Shown in pieces: positions 37,967 to 47,849 of a stretch of DNA of 64,000 nt. Position 1 is the stretch's first letter. Every line of letters starts with the position of its first letter. The DNA comes from an uncultured Alphaproteobacteria bacterium. GTDB lineage: Bacteria; Pseudomonadota; Alphaproteobacteria; Rs-D84. The stretch is from NCBI GenBank assembly GCA_944390225.1, contig CALXPB010000001.1, positions 85,196-149,195 on the forward strand, in the 5' to 3' direction. Made by a program: the position numbers and the translations under genes. The notes under the pieces are model-generated. The model worked only from the letters and a program-made list of their open reading frames with translations. It ran no database searches and was not told where the DNA came from.

Positions 37967-40024
37967 ATGGTTAGAAAAAAAAACTTATTTTTTATAATAT
38001 CGCGTGTAGTCGCATTGTTTTTTATGGGACTGGTTGTAGCAATTGTTATTGCATTATCTCAGATAAATCTAGAAACTTTACGCGGTGACGTTTTAAGTAT
38101 ACTTAAAGACGCAACGGGTTTACCCATAGAAATTGATGGCAGTGTGTCTTGGAAGTTATCCTTGCGACCGCAGATAGAACTGAACAAAGTTCGGGTGCCT
38201 AATGCAGAGTGGGCAACGCATAAAGATGCTTTTAGTGCAGAAAAAATAGATGTGACTTTAAATTTAGTTTCTTTATTTCGTGACAGACCGACAATTCAGA
38301 ATGTAAAGGTTTATGATGCTACAATCTGCGTGGAGAAAAATAATAAAGGCGAATGGTCCATTATGCCAGAAAAGAAAATATCGGAAAATAAACAAATAGC
38401 AGAACAACCGGATTACCCCTTTGAAGACCTAGGATTGGGTGGTGTAGAGGTTAAAAATCTAAGTCTGGATTTCCTTGGCAATATGTATTATTTGACTGGC
38501 TTCCAAGTTCATTATATGCCACGTGAAGACAACCGAGAATATAGCGGATGGATAAAATCAGATAAGGATGTTTTCCCGTTCATCATTTCCTTGTCTAAGT
38601 ATAACGCAGAAAGAAAAGTTTATCCTGTAAGAATTGCGTTCGCTACCGGTGGGGATGCTTTGATTGCAAATATTGCGCTGGAAGGAACAAGTAAAGCACC
38701 AATAGATTTTATAATAAAGGGCGATATTACAGATATTGCTGCAATAGGACAAGTATTTGATGTAACTTTGCCAAAGTTATCAATTATGAAATTGAATATT
38801 ACTGGGGGATTTGATAGAAATAAATTAAGTTTTAGAAATTCTTCAATAAAAATTAAAGAAAACGATTTAGATTTTTCTGGTAATATAGATTGGTCTAAGC
38901 AGAAAATTGCTATAAATATGTCTTTGAACTCAAAACGTATAAACCTGAAAGAGTTATTCCCAGATTTGTATTTAAAGACAAAAAAGCAAAAAGAAAACCT
39001 AAACGTTTTTAAAGATATCCCATTGTTCGGAGATGTCTTCCTAAATTTGAATTTGGATTTACACATAATGTTAGATGAATTAATTATTTATCGTGATTTT
39101 AATATAAAAGATATAGATTTAACGGTAAATCTTAAAGATGCACACGCACGTGTTGATGCAACTAATGTTATCGGCAATGGATATATAAAACTTGGCGGAA
39201 CAGTCGATATAAATTCGGACGGAGAAATGTATGTTAAACTTGGGGGCGCAGGTCGTTATATATCAATTGGCGAAATTTTAAATCAGTTGCAAATAAATGA
39301 TTTAATTTCTGAATTACCAGTAAACTTTGAAACTTATGTAGAAGCAAATGGAAAAAATCTTTCCGAATGGATGCAGACAATAACCGGTCCTGTGAAGGTC
39401 TATTCCGTTGCACCTGGGTATGCGCATTCTACATTGGTTGCAAATATGTATGGAACCGATTTCTTGACGACGTTGCGTCATAGCATCCAAGATTTATTTA
39501 GGTCTGAAAAGAAATATAATCAAATGAAGATATCTTGTGTTGCGTTCAACACAAAATTACGAGACGGTGAATTTGAAACGGAACATGGGGTTGCAATAGA
39601 AACAAATGCTATAAATATTCGATTTGCAGGAAATCTTAATCTGGGTGACGAAAATTTGAAAATGTCTTTAACAACGGTACCGGTAAGGGGGTTAAAACTT
39701 TCTTTAACCGGTAATGTCGTTAATTCTATGGAGTTTAGCGGTAATTTGGCAGAACCTGATATTAAAATTAGTGGTGCTGCGGTTGCCGGAAAAGTAGCCT
39801 CTGCAACAGGTATTGGTTTGTTGTTGGCTCCGTTTACTGGTGGTATCGGTTTAGTCGCAGGTGCAGGTGTCGGGTTGCTGGCAGGAGATTTATTGGAAAA
39901 TTGGTTGGCAGACGATCACCCTTGTGAAACTGCTATGAAACGTGGTGCCCCCGCAAATAAGCAAGATCCATATTGGTTAAACCTTCCGGTAAATGACTTG
40001 GTGAACAACATTTTAAATAAATAA
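37967..40024 (+). CDS. AsmA-family outer-membrane biogenesis protein
   Basis: 685 aa with an N-terminal TM anchor and a long repetitive beta-rich periplasmic domain. The C-terminus has Gly-rich 'AGAGVGLLAGD'. Confidence 0.5.
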   Translation: MVRKKNLFFIISRVVALFFMGLVVAIVIALSQINLETLRGDVLSILKDATGLPIEIDGSVSWKLSLRPQIELNKVRVPNAEWATHKDAFSAEKIDVTLNLVSLFRDRPTIQNVKVYDATICVEKNNKGEWSIMPEKKISENKQIAEQPDYPFEDLGLGGVEVKNLSLDFLGNMYYLTGFQVHYMPREDNREYSGWIKSDKDVFPFIISLSKYNAERKVYPVRIAFATGGDALIANIALEGTSKAPIDFIIKGDITDIAAIGQVFDVTLPKLSIMKLNITGGFDRNKLSFRNSSIKIKENDLDFSGNIDWSKQKIAINMSLNSKRINLKELFPDLYLKTKKQKENLNVFKDIPLFGDVFLNLNLDLHIMLDELIIYRDFNIKDIDLTVNLKDAHARVDATNVIGNGYIKLGGTVDINSDGEMYVKLGGAGRYISIGEILNQLQINDLISELPVNFETYVEANGKNLSEWMQTITGPVKVYSVAPGYAHSTLVANMYGTDFLTTLRHSIQDLFRSEKKYNQMKISCVAFNTKLRDGEFETEHGVAIETNAINIRFAGNLNLGDENLKMSLTTVPVRGLKLSLTGNVVNSMEFSGNLAEPDIKISGAAVAGKVASATGIGLLLAPFTGGIGLVAGAGVGLLAGDLLENWLADDHPCETAMKRGAPANKQDPYWLNLPVNDLVNNILNK

Positions 40025-40121
40025 ATATAGCGTTCTTTTACTCTTGCACCGAATCGACATTTTTTGCTAAACTTCTAAAAAGAATGTAGGGTATATTTTA
40101 GAATAAACAGGAGCGTATATT

Positions 40122-41240
40122 ATGGAATTTTCAGTGTTTCGTCAGGTCTTGATACGTGCGCTGGGGCATATGCAGTCCATTGTGGAAAAGCGTGCGACTC
40201 TGCCGATATTGATGAATGTAAAAATAGAAGTAGCAGATGATTTAATTCTGTCCGCAACAAACGTAGATCTAGAACTGGTAGAGCATGTTGATGCAGATAT
40301 TACGCTTGGTGGAAAAATAACCGTTCCCGTGCAGATGCTGTACGATATTGTTCGCAAATTACCGGATGATTCAGAAATTTCATTTAAGCAATCTGGTGAT
40401 CAGTTGGTGGTATCAAGTGGTCGTGCTATATTTCACCTCCCGACATTACCTGCGGAAAACTTTCCGGCAATGGCAGGAAGTAATTTGACTACGAAATTCC
40501 AAATGACAACTGGTGATCTGGCACACCTGATAAACCAAACAAAGTTTGCTATACCCACAGATGATGTTCGTTATCACTTGGGGGGAATTTATTTCCACAT
40601 ATCAGACGAGGGAAAAGAAAAAATGCTGACGGCGGTTGCAACAGATGCTCAACGTATGGCGTTATGTGCAATGTCCGCACCCGCGGGAAGTGCTGAAATG
40701 CCAGCCGTTATTTTACCTAGGCGTGTAATTGGTGAGTTGTCAAAGTTATTAGAAGATGCCACGGTTGATGATGTTACCGTTGAATTGTCCGATACAAAGG
40801 CTAGGTTTGTAGTAGGACCAGCTACGCTTACAAGCAAGTTAGTTGATGCCCAATACCCAAATTATCGTGTGGTCATTCCGAAAGGAAACGATAAAATTGC
40901 AGTTATGGATAGAAAGCAGTTTTTAAATGCTGTTGACTTGGTTTCTGTTGCTAGCGTTGATAAAACAAAGTCTGTTCAGTTAACATTCTCTATGAACAAG
41001 TTAGTCGTTAATGCGTCTAGTCCCGATGCAGGTACCGCAAGTCAAGAGTTAGATGTTGAATATAATGACGATACATCTTTTACTGTAACATTTAATGTAA
41101 AGTTCTTGATGGATGTTGCAGGTCAAGTAGAAGGTGAAAAATTCCAAATGGAAATGCAAGATCCTTTATCACCGACGATAATTAAATCTACCGATAAAAA
41201 GACGGATGCCTTGTTCATATTGATGCCGATGAGAATGTAA
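40122..41240 (+). CDS. dnaN: DNA polymerase III beta sliding clamp
   Basis: 372 aa three-domain clamp. The C-terminus ends in 'LMPMRM'. Confidence 0.85.
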   Translation: MEFSVFRQVLIRALGHMQSIVEKRATLPILMNVKIEVADDLILSATNVDLELVEHVDADITLGGKITVPVQMLYDIVRKLPDDSEISFKQSGDQLVVSSGRAIFHLPTLPAENFPAMAGSNLTTKFQMTTGDLAHLINQTKFAIPTDDVRYHLGGIYFHISDEGKEKMLTAVATDAQRMALCAMSAPAGSAEMPAVILPRRVIGELSKLLEDATVDDVTVELSDTKARFVVGPATLTSKLVDAQYPNYRVVIPKGNDKIAVMDRKQFLNAVDLVSVASVDKTKSVQLTFSMNKLVVNASSPDAGTASQELDVEYNDDTSFTVTFNVKFLMDVAGQVEGEKFQMEMQDPLSPTIIKSTDKKTDALFILMPMRM

Positions 41241-41244
41241 AAAT

Positions 41245-41270
41245 AAAAACCGCCTTTTAGGCGGTTTTTA
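41245..41270 (+). terminator. Rho-independent terminator after dnaN
   Basis: 'aaaaaccgccttttaggcggttttta'. Confidence 0.7.
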
Positions 41271-41305
41271 AAAAACTGTTAATTTATTTTTAAAAAGGAT
41301 TCACA

Positions 41306-41848
41306 ATGAATTTAGAAGAAATTTCTGCGGGTAAAAATCCGCCTAAAAAGATGAATGCCGTTATCGAAGTCCCAGAAGATGGTTATGTTAAGTACGAAAT
41401 AGATAAAACAACAGGTTTGCCACGCGTTGATCGTATACTGCACACTCCTATGGCGTATCCGGCAAATTACGGTTATTTCCCAGGAACATTGGGCGATGAC
41501 GGAGATCCGTTAGACTGTATCGTAGTGTGTAATGCCCCTTTGCAATCTGGTGTTCTGATTGAGGTCAGACCTATAGGGGCTTTGTTAATGGAGGATCAGG
41601 CAGGAAGAGATGAAAAAATAATTTGCGTGCCGCTTGAAAAAATAGATCCTTTTTATGCTAACACGGAATATGTTGAACAATTACCGGCAATATTGCGCTC
41701 AAAAATAGAATATTTTTTTAGGCATTATAAAGACCTACAACCGAACTCTTGGTCGAAAGTAAAAGGTTGGGCAGATCGTGATACAGCAGATATGTTAATT
41801 ATGGAAAGTATTGATAGATTCCAAGCAATGTCTAAAATGCAAAAATAA
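41306..41848 (+). CDS. ppa: Inorganic pyrophosphatase
   Basis: Family I PPase motifs ('DGDPLDCIVV', 'EDQAGRDEKIICVP'). Confidence 0.9.
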   Translation: MNLEEISAGKNPPKKMNAVIEVPEDGYVKYEIDKTTGLPRVDRILHTPMAYPANYGYFPGTLGDDGDPLDCIVVCNAPLQSGVLIEVRPIGALLMEDQAGRDEKIICVPLEKIDPFYANTEYVEQLPAILRSKIEYFFRHYKDLQPNSWSKVKGWADRDTADMLIMESIDRFQAMSKMQK

Positions 41849-41909
41849 TATTCTTGCGTTTGGTTAATAGTTTCTTATAATTTGAAAAGTTTAAAATAAG
41901 AGGTTAAAA

Positions 41910-42479
41910 ATGGCATCATATATAGCTAATGATATGCGCGTGGGTTGGGTCATTTCACATAATGGAAAACGCTATTCTGTTATGTCCATAACGAAAGTTA
42001 AACCTGGGAAAGGGGGGGCTTTTGTTCAGGCCGATTTGCGCGATATCGATTCTGGTAACAAAGGCGGAGATCGCTGGCGTGCCGAAGATAAAGTCGAAAA
42101 ATTAATTGTTGAAGATTTTGATTGTCAGTATTTATATTCTGACGGTGAAAATGCGTTCTTTATGAATTTGTCTGATTATGAGCAATTTACGATGCCGATT
42201 GATTCTTTGGGCGAACAAATTAAGTTTTTAGTACCAGAAATGCAGGTGAAAGCAAATTTTGTTGAAGGACAACCTGTTTCAATTTCTTTGCCAAAGACTG
42301 TAATTGCGACAGTTGAAGAAACCGAACCGGCATTGAAAGGTCAGACGGTTACAAGTAGTGGCGGAAAGCCGGCTATACTGGATAACGGTATTCGTGTTCA
42401 GGTTCCTTTGTTCATAGAGCAAGGTGAAAAGATTGTTGTTAATACAGAAACTTTGGAATATGTAGAACGCGCGAAATAA
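41910..42479 (+). CDS. efp: Translation elongation factor P
   Basis: 189 aa. 'KPGKGGAFVQADLRD', with the conserved modified Lys in the KPGKG loop. Confidence 0.9.
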   Translation: MASYIANDMRVGWVISHNGKRYSVMSITKVKPGKGGAFVQADLRDIDSGNKGGDRWRAEDKVEKLIVEDFDCQYLYSDGENAFFMNLSDYEQFTMPIDSLGEQIKFLVPEMQVKANFVEGQPVSISLPKTVIATVEETEPALKGQTVTSSGGKPAILDNGIRVQVPLFIEQGEKIVVNTETLEYVERAK

Positions 42480-42493
42480 TAAAATTTTGTGAT

Positions 42494-42522
42494 AAAAAAT
42501 TCCACATTCTGTGGAATTTTTT
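42494..42522. terminator. Bidirectional terminator between efp and fba
   Basis: 'aaaaaattccacattctgtggaatttttt'. Confidence 0.7.
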
Positions 42523-42523
42523 A

Positions 42524-43507
42524 TTAAATTTTATTTTCAGAATTCATAATATTTTTTATTTCTTCCACACAGTTTTCATATATGTTTTTCATACCAGAAG
42601 TCAGAAATTCGCGAGGATTAAAATTTTCTGGTTCGGTAAATAAAGATTTTCTTGTGCCAGCAGTAAAGGCGAGTCTGGAATCGCTATCCACATTAATTTT
42701 ACATATATTCATTTTTACTGCTCGCTTTAATTGTTCTGCTGGTATACCGCGGGCATCGGATATTCTGCCACCATATTCATTTATCATGTTTACAAACTTT
42801 TTTGGTATGCTGGATGCCCCATGTAAGACTAGCGGAAATTCAGGAAGTTCTTGACTTATCTTTTCTAAGATATCAAAGCGAAGTTCTTCTTTGTCTGATT
42901 TGCGTTTATAGGCTCCGTGACTTGTCCCAATTGCAATTGCTAACGAGTCAATGTTAGTCGCATTTACAAAATTAACAACGTCATTCGGGTCGGTATAATT
43001 AGAATCTTTACTGTTGGTATTTTCGTCTTCTATGCCGGAAAGAGTGCCTAATTCTGCTTCTACGCTGACATCAAACTGTTGCGCAAAGTCGGCTACTTGT
43101 CGGCTTAAATTTACGTTCGTATTAAACGGCTTTTTTGAAGCATCAATCATCACGCTGGAAAAACCTAATTTAATAGCGTTAACGCAAGATTCAAAACTTC
43201 CACCATGATCCAGATGCAAAGCAATTTTTTCTGATGGCTTTATGTTTAAACCCCATATCATGCCCATTAATAAGTTGCTTCCCATGTATTCCAAGGCAGA
43301 TTCAGATACCGCCAGAATCACCGGGCTTTTTGTGTCGCGCGCTGCGGATACAATTGCTGATAATGTTTCCATATTATAAAAGTTAAATGCCGGTACAGCA
43401 TAATGCTTTGAAATAGCATCAGAAAAAATATCTTTTGTATTTACCAAACCGAAATCTTTGTAATCCATGTTAGTCCTCTTTTTCCTTATTATAGCATAAT
43501 CAATCAA
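42524..43507 (-). CDS. fba: Class II fructose-bisphosphate aldolase
   Basis: 'AVPAFNFYNMETL', 'HLDHGGSFE' and 'LVLHGASSIP' motifs of the Zn-dependent class II aldolase family. Confidence 0.85.
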   Translation of the reverse strand: MIDYAIIRKKRTNMDYKDFGLVNTKDIFSDAISKHYAVPAFNFYNMETLSAIVSAARDTKSPVILAVSESALEYMGSNLLMGMIWGLNIKPSEKIALHLDHGGSFESCVNAIKLGFSSVMIDASKKPFNTNVNLSRQVADFAQQFDVSVEAELGTLSGIEDENTNSKDSNYTDPNDVVNFVNATNIDSLAIAIGTSHGAYKRKSDKEELRFDILEKISQELPEFPLVLHGASSIPKKFVNMINEYGGRISDARGIPAEQLKRAVKMNICKINVDSDSRLAFTAGTRKSLFTEPENFNPREFLTSGMKNIYENCVEEIKNIMNSENKI

Positions 43508-43636
43508 AGTCTGTGTAAAAGAAAAATAGGATTCTTTTGTTTTATAAGCATGCTTGACAACGGAACATTTTGTGGAACAATATATACGAATCGGGAGCCG
43601 GTTAGAGATTGGCAGAATTTGAAAAAGGTATGCGCA

Positions 43637-44014
43637 ATGAAAAAAATGTTAGTTTCTGCAATCGCTTTATCTGCTTTGGCAGGTTGTGGTGGTTATTATG
43701 ATTATTATAAGGGTGGTGTAAGATATACTCAGAGCGGACAAGACTGTATTTATTATGCCGGGGAACGCGGTCGTAATTTATCCAGTTATGTTGACGGCTT
43801 GGATAACAGTAAGAAAATTGTTTATCGTAATACAAGTTGTGAAGATTTATATGCTCGCGATATGTTCGGGCAAAAACCACGTAGCGACCGACAGATTTTA
43901 ATCTCTGCACCTCAGGATGTTCCTTGTGGCGGAGAAACTAAGGTTGAAAAAGTTTCTTGCGGATATAAAACTTGTGGACAGGCGGTTTTAAAACGTAGAT
44001 ATGTCATTATGTAA
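43637..44014 (+). CDS. Small cysteine-rich lipoprotein, hypothetical
   Basis: Signal plus lipobox 'LSALAGC'. There are 6 further Cys. Start is the Met at 43637 (RBS AAGG). Confidence 0.45.
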   Translation: MKKMLVSAIALSALAGCGGYYDYYKGGVRYTQSGQDCIYYAGERGRNLSSYVDGLDNSKKIVYRNTSCEDLYARDMFGQKPRSDRQILISAPQDVPCGGETKVEKVSCGYKTCGQAVLKRRYVIM

Positions 44015-44119
44015 GTTGTAAAAGCATTCCATGTTAGGAATGCTTTTTTATTTATCTATCTTTCTTGAAAGGTGTTTTTTTTTATGGTATAATTCTAAGA
44101 AAGGAAAAAGGGGTTTTGT

Positions 44120-44509
44120 ATGAAGAACTTATTAAAAAAGATTGGTTTTGCGGCTTTGGTTGTTATTGCAGGTGGTGCTGTGGCTTTTGCAGCTTCTCCG
44201 GCGGCAGGTGGGGCAGCTAGTGGCAAAGGTTTATGTAATTTGATAGGACAACTGTATGAAGTCTTTAAAATTTTACGTACGTTGGCGTTTGTAGGCGCTG
44301 CGTTTATTATAGCCAGTTGGGCGTGGGATTATATTAAATCGCCGCCTAAAGATAGTATAACAGAAGATTTAAAGAAAAAGGGTACAAGTATGTTGGTCGG
44401 TTTTGCATTGTTGTTTGGTATAGGTATTATTTTGCAGTTTTTCTTAAGTGATTTTGGTTTAACAGCAATCGGTTGTGATGAAATAATTTCTAGGTGGGGT
44501 ATGATGTAA
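44120..44509 (+). CDS. virB2: Type IV secretion system pilin subunit, VirB2/TrbC family
   Basis: 129 aa with a long signal peptide followed by two hydrophobic helices separated by a short charged loop. This is the VirB2/TrbC architecture. RBS AAAGGAAAAAGGGG. Confidence 0.55.
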   Translation: MKNLLKKIGFAALVVIAGGAVAFAASPAAGGAASGKGLCNLIGQLYEVFKILRTLAFVGAAFIIASWAWDYIKSPPKDSITEDLKKKGTSMLVGFALLFGIGIILQFFLSDFGLTAIGCDEIISRWGMM

Positions 44510-44538
44510 AAAAAGACGGGCTTAACCCGTCTTTTTTT
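44509..44538. terminator. Bidirectional terminator
   Basis: 'aaaaaagacgggcttaacccgtcttttttt'. Confidence 0.7.
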
Positions 44539-45475
44539 ATCTTAATTTTAAAGTAATAAATTTTCTAATAAATATTTTTTCTTGTTCTTTTAATTCTTTT
44601 TTTAAGTCTGTTATGGGAAAAGTATATATTTCCTCGCTTGGAAATATATTTTTTTGACAATATAGTTTATTCCTTTGAGTGCGGAGTTCGTTCAAAAGAA
44701 AATTATAAAATTTCTGAAAATTTACTTCTTTTTGGCTGTCATAGTAATTTATCGCATTTTTTAAAGCAGTTATACGTGCTCGTAAAGAATGTTGCCCTAT
44801 GTGATTTAAAATTGAACCGGTTAGTTCTCGTTTTCTTCTGTAAAAGGATTCAATGCTTTTTGGGTTGTTGTCGCAGAAGAATACATTTTCTTGCTCGCGA
44901 TGAAAAGCATTAAGGTCTATTTTGTGTTTATATGCTATTCCATTTATAGTTTTCTCTAATTTAGATAATTTGTCTCGCAAATGAATTCTGGAAAGATGAT
45001 ATGCATAAAAACATACTTGATCATGAGTAAAGGTAGGATTCATAAGATATAGTTCTGTAAAAATCATATTTGGATGTTGTTTCGCAATACACCAAAACGC
45101 GTATCTACTTAGTTTTGCGTCCAGACCGTTCTTTTTCTGTTTTATTCCTTCTGGCGTATTTATGTAATAATCGTTCAAGATTAATTCTACATGTGCCTCA
45201 AATAGACTTTCAGAATTTAAAAGGCTTTTGGGAATTCCTTTATCTAAGTTTTTGGGCGTGCTTGCAGTAATTGCATCTTTAAGAGTTTTTTCAATATATC
45301 GGTGTTGCCCAGTTATGTTCGGACCAAAGAAGTTGTATATATCTGAAAATAGCCAATACTGTGAAAATTCGTTTTGAGTATATGTGGAAAAATCTGGGTA
45401 GTCAGAGCGTGACTGATTGGTTAAATAATTAAAAAGTTTATCGCTGTTTGGGTAACTTATTATTTCTGTGTTCAT
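44537..45475 (-). CDS. Hypothetical 312-aa protein, downstream partner of a ribbon-helix-helix protein (candidate toxin/effector of a two-gene module)
   Basis: Its start overlaps the stop of the upstream RHH gene by 4 nt. It contains 'LSRYAFWCIAKQHP', reminiscent of the 'LSRYACYLV' motif of DinD/antirepressor-like proteins, but overall similarity is unclear. Confidence 0.4.
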   Translation of the reverse strand: MNTEIISYPNSDKLFNYLTNQSRSDYPDFSTYTQNEFSQYWLFSDIYNFFGPNITGQHRYIEKTLKDAITASTPKNLDKGIPKSLLNSESLFEAHVELILNDYYINTPEGIKQKKNGLDAKLSRYAFWCIAKQHPNMIFTELYLMNPTFTHDQVCFYAYHLSRIHLRDKLSKLEKTINGIAYKHKIDLNAFHREQENVFFCDNNPKSIESFYRRKRELTGSILNHIGQHSLRARITALKNAINYYDSQKEVNFQKFYNFLLNELRTQRNKLYCQKNIFPSEEIYTFPITDLKKELKEQEKIFIRKFITLKLR

Positions 45476-45705
45476 TGGTGTTCTTCTTCTATGTTTGCAA
45501 TAGAAAATAATACTGAAGAAATTAATGATTGATATGGTACATGCTGTTTTTCTGCTAGTTGCTTTATGCTTTCTAGAACAGGTCGTGGAATTCGCATATT
45601 TATCACGCAGTCTGATTTGTTAAAAGTTTTATAGGCCGCATACTCTCTTAATAAAGATTCTATGTTCATAATGAACAGTTGTTGCATAACGTTTGGCATA
45701 TACAC
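45472..45705 (-). CDS. Ribbon-helix-helix (CopG/Arc-like) small DNA-binding protein, putative antitoxin or regulator
   Basis: C-terminal 'INMRIPRPVLESIKQLAEKQHVPYQSLISSVLFSIA' fits the RHH fold, with a beta strand followed by two helices. 77 aa. Confidence 0.5.
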   Translation of the reverse strand: MYMPNVMQQLFIMNIESLLREYAAYKTFNKSDCVINMRIPRPVLESIKQLAEKQHVPYQSLISSVLFSIANIEEEHQ

Positions 45706-45734
45706 AGTCTCCTATACGAATTGCAATACCGTAG

Positions 45735-45800
45735 TCTTTACAATAGACTATATCATTGTATTGGCGCTTGTCAATACAATTGTAATTGCGTTTGTAATTA
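45735..45800. promoter_or_regulatory. Inverted and direct repeats upstream of the RHH gene (putative operator)
   Basis: 'cattgtattg-N8-caatacaattg' inverted repeat, plus reiterated 'tgtaattgcgtttgtaattacttatgtaatgg' half-sites. Confidence 0.35.
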
Positions 45801-46091
45801 CTTATGTAATGGCTTTTGTGGGGGCTGTTGTGTGGTCTTTTGGAAAAATTTTTTCTCGCGTGTTATTAGTCGATTAAAAATTTTTCAAGGGAGTATATTT
45901 TAATTATTTGCTGGCGTTTTTTGTTGTTTTCTTATCTTAATATTTTTTGTGATAAATATCTTTTTATAAGAATTCATTTATCAGGCGTTGGATTAGGAAT
46001 TTTTTTATCTGATAAATTTTTAGCGTATCTTGCTTTTTTGAAATTATACATATAAAATTAAAACAAATTTATTTTCGGGAAAGGATATCAG

Positions 46092-47411
46092 ATGTTTAAA
46101 AAAGTTTTATCGTTGTTGGTTTTGTCTTTGTTAAGCGTTTTTCCGGCACGGGCAGAATTAAAGGTGGACATAATAGCAGGTGCAACAGAACCTATTTCTA
46201 TCGCCGTACAAAAAATTGAAACAGGTGGTAAAGTTTCGGATAGTGATGCGACTATGATACGTAAAGTGGTAGAAAATGATTTAAAATCTACTGGTTTGTT
46301 CAGAATAATATCTCATGATGCGATGCCAGAATTCGTAGAAATTGGAAATATGCCAGATTTTAATTTGTGGAACGCAATAAAAGCACAAGTTTTGGTTCAA
46401 GCGAAATTATCACTAGACTCTGATGGAAAGTATGATTTAGAGTTTTTTGTATGGGATGTTAACGGTAAAGAACAAATAGAGGCACAAAGTTTAGTCGCTT
46501 CTAAGAAATCTGCTCGAAGGTTGGCGCATATAATGGCGGACGCAATTTATGAAAGACTAACGGGTGAAATAGGATATTTTGATACTCAAATAGTTTTCAT
46601 TGCCGAGACCGGCCCCGTTCACAATCGTACAAAACGTATGGCCATAATGGATCAAGACGGGTATGGATTAAGATATTTATCGGATAAAAAGACTTTCGTA
46701 ATGTCGCCACATTTTTCGCCTAATATGCAGACAATTGTTTTCTTGTCATTCCGTGATGACGATCCTATGGTGTGGACTTTGGATTTAGATACCGGTGAAC
46801 AACGTAGACTAGGGCAATTCGGAGGAATGAACTTTGCACCTCGTTTTTCTCCTGATGGAACAAAAATTGCTTTATCTCTGGTGAAAAAAGGTATTACGCA
46901 TATATACGAATATGATATAGAAACAAAAACTTTGAAGCAGTTAACTTTTGGTAATTCTTTAAATACCAGTCCATCGTATTCGCCAGACGGGAAAAAACTG
47001 GCTTTTAATTCCGATCGTAGTGGAAATCAACAGATTTACGTTCTTGATTTTGAAACCGGTAAGGTAGAACGATTGACTTATGGGGCAGGGCGATATGCAA
47101 CGCCGGCATGGTCGCCAGACGGACAGTTCATTGCGTTTACAAAAATTGCAGATGATACTTTTTATATAGGAATAATGGATCCGCGCGGCAGAAATGAAAA
47201 AATTCTGGCAGGCGGTTGGTATATGGAGGCTCCTTCTTGGGCACCGGGTTCAAGACGTGTAGTTTATTATGAGACAGAAAGAGCACTAGACGGTATAGAA
47301 CGTATAAGCCATATTCGCAGTGTTGATATAACTGGCAGAAATGTTTATGATATTGAACTGCCAGAAGATGTTAACGGCGTAGAACCAACTTGGTCGCCTC
47401 GACTACCATAG
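46092..47411 (+). CDS. tolB: Tol-Pal system periplasmic protein TolB
   Basis: 439 aa with a signal peptide, an N-terminal TolB domain and C-terminal beta-propeller repeats ('FSPDG', 'YSPDGKKLAF', 'WSPDGQFIAF'). Confidence 0.9.
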   Translation: MFKKVLSLLVLSLLSVFPARAELKVDIIAGATEPISIAVQKIETGGKVSDSDATMIRKVVENDLKSTGLFRIISHDAMPEFVEIGNMPDFNLWNAIKAQVLVQAKLSLDSDGKYDLEFFVWDVNGKEQIEAQSLVASKKSARRLAHIMADAIYERLTGEIGYFDTQIVFIAETGPVHNRTKRMAIMDQDGYGLRYLSDKKTFVMSPHFSPNMQTIVFLSFRDDDPMVWTLDLDTGEQRRLGQFGGMNFAPRFSPDGTKIALSLVKKGITHIYEYDIETKTLKQLTFGNSLNTSPSYSPDGKKLAFNSDRSGNQQIYVLDFETGKVERLTYGAGRYATPAWSPDGQFIAFTKIADDTFYIGIMDPRGRNEKILAGGWYMEAPSWAPGSRRVVYYETERALDGIERISHIRSVDITGRNVYDIELPEDVNGVEPTWSPRLP

Positions 47412-47418
47412 TAATGAT

Positions 47419-47826
47419 ATGAAATATTTTTTTGTTTTATTATGTTTTATTATCAGTGGTAATGCTTATTCCGTACCTGCTGTGGTTGATTATATTTTTG
47501 ACGGTGATACTTTTGCCGCAACCGTTCGGCTTGATGATGATATAACTGTTTCAACGCGCGTGCGTCTTATGAATGTTGATACCCCAGAAATTCACAGTTT
47601 GTGTGAAAGTGAAATAAAATTAGCCGAAAAAGCAAAAAATAGGTTGGCTGATTTATTGCCTATCGGTAGCACAGTGGAACTAAGAAATATAAAAGACGAT
47701 AAATATCTGGGCAGAATAGATGCTTATGTATTAACAAATACAGGGCAGGATATTGGAAGTATTCTTATAAAAGAAAAATTGGGGAGACCATATGACGGAG
47801 GAAAACGAGAAAGTTGGTGCCAATAG
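47419..47826 (+). CDS. Secreted thermonuclease (staphylococcal nuclease-like)
   Basis: Signal peptide. 'VDYIFDGDTF' and 'RVRLMNVDTPE' SNase active-site motifs. Confidence 0.7.
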   Translation: MKYFFVLLCFIISGNAYSVPAVVDYIFDGDTFAATVRLDDDITVSTRVRLMNVDTPEIHSLCESEIKLAEKAKNRLADLLPIGSTVELRNIKDDKYLGRIDAYVLTNTGQDIGSILIKEKLGRPYDGGKRESWCQ

Positions 47827-47849
47827 GAATATTTACCAAGATAAAAAAA

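Noticed and set aside
45662-45903. Two overlapping Cys-rich small plus-strand ORFs (71 and 74 aa)
   Set aside because: They cover the promoter and operator repeat region of the minus-strand RHH gene. Their Cys/Asn/Tyr richness is produced by translating 'tgtaat/tgcaat' repeats. They have no RBS.
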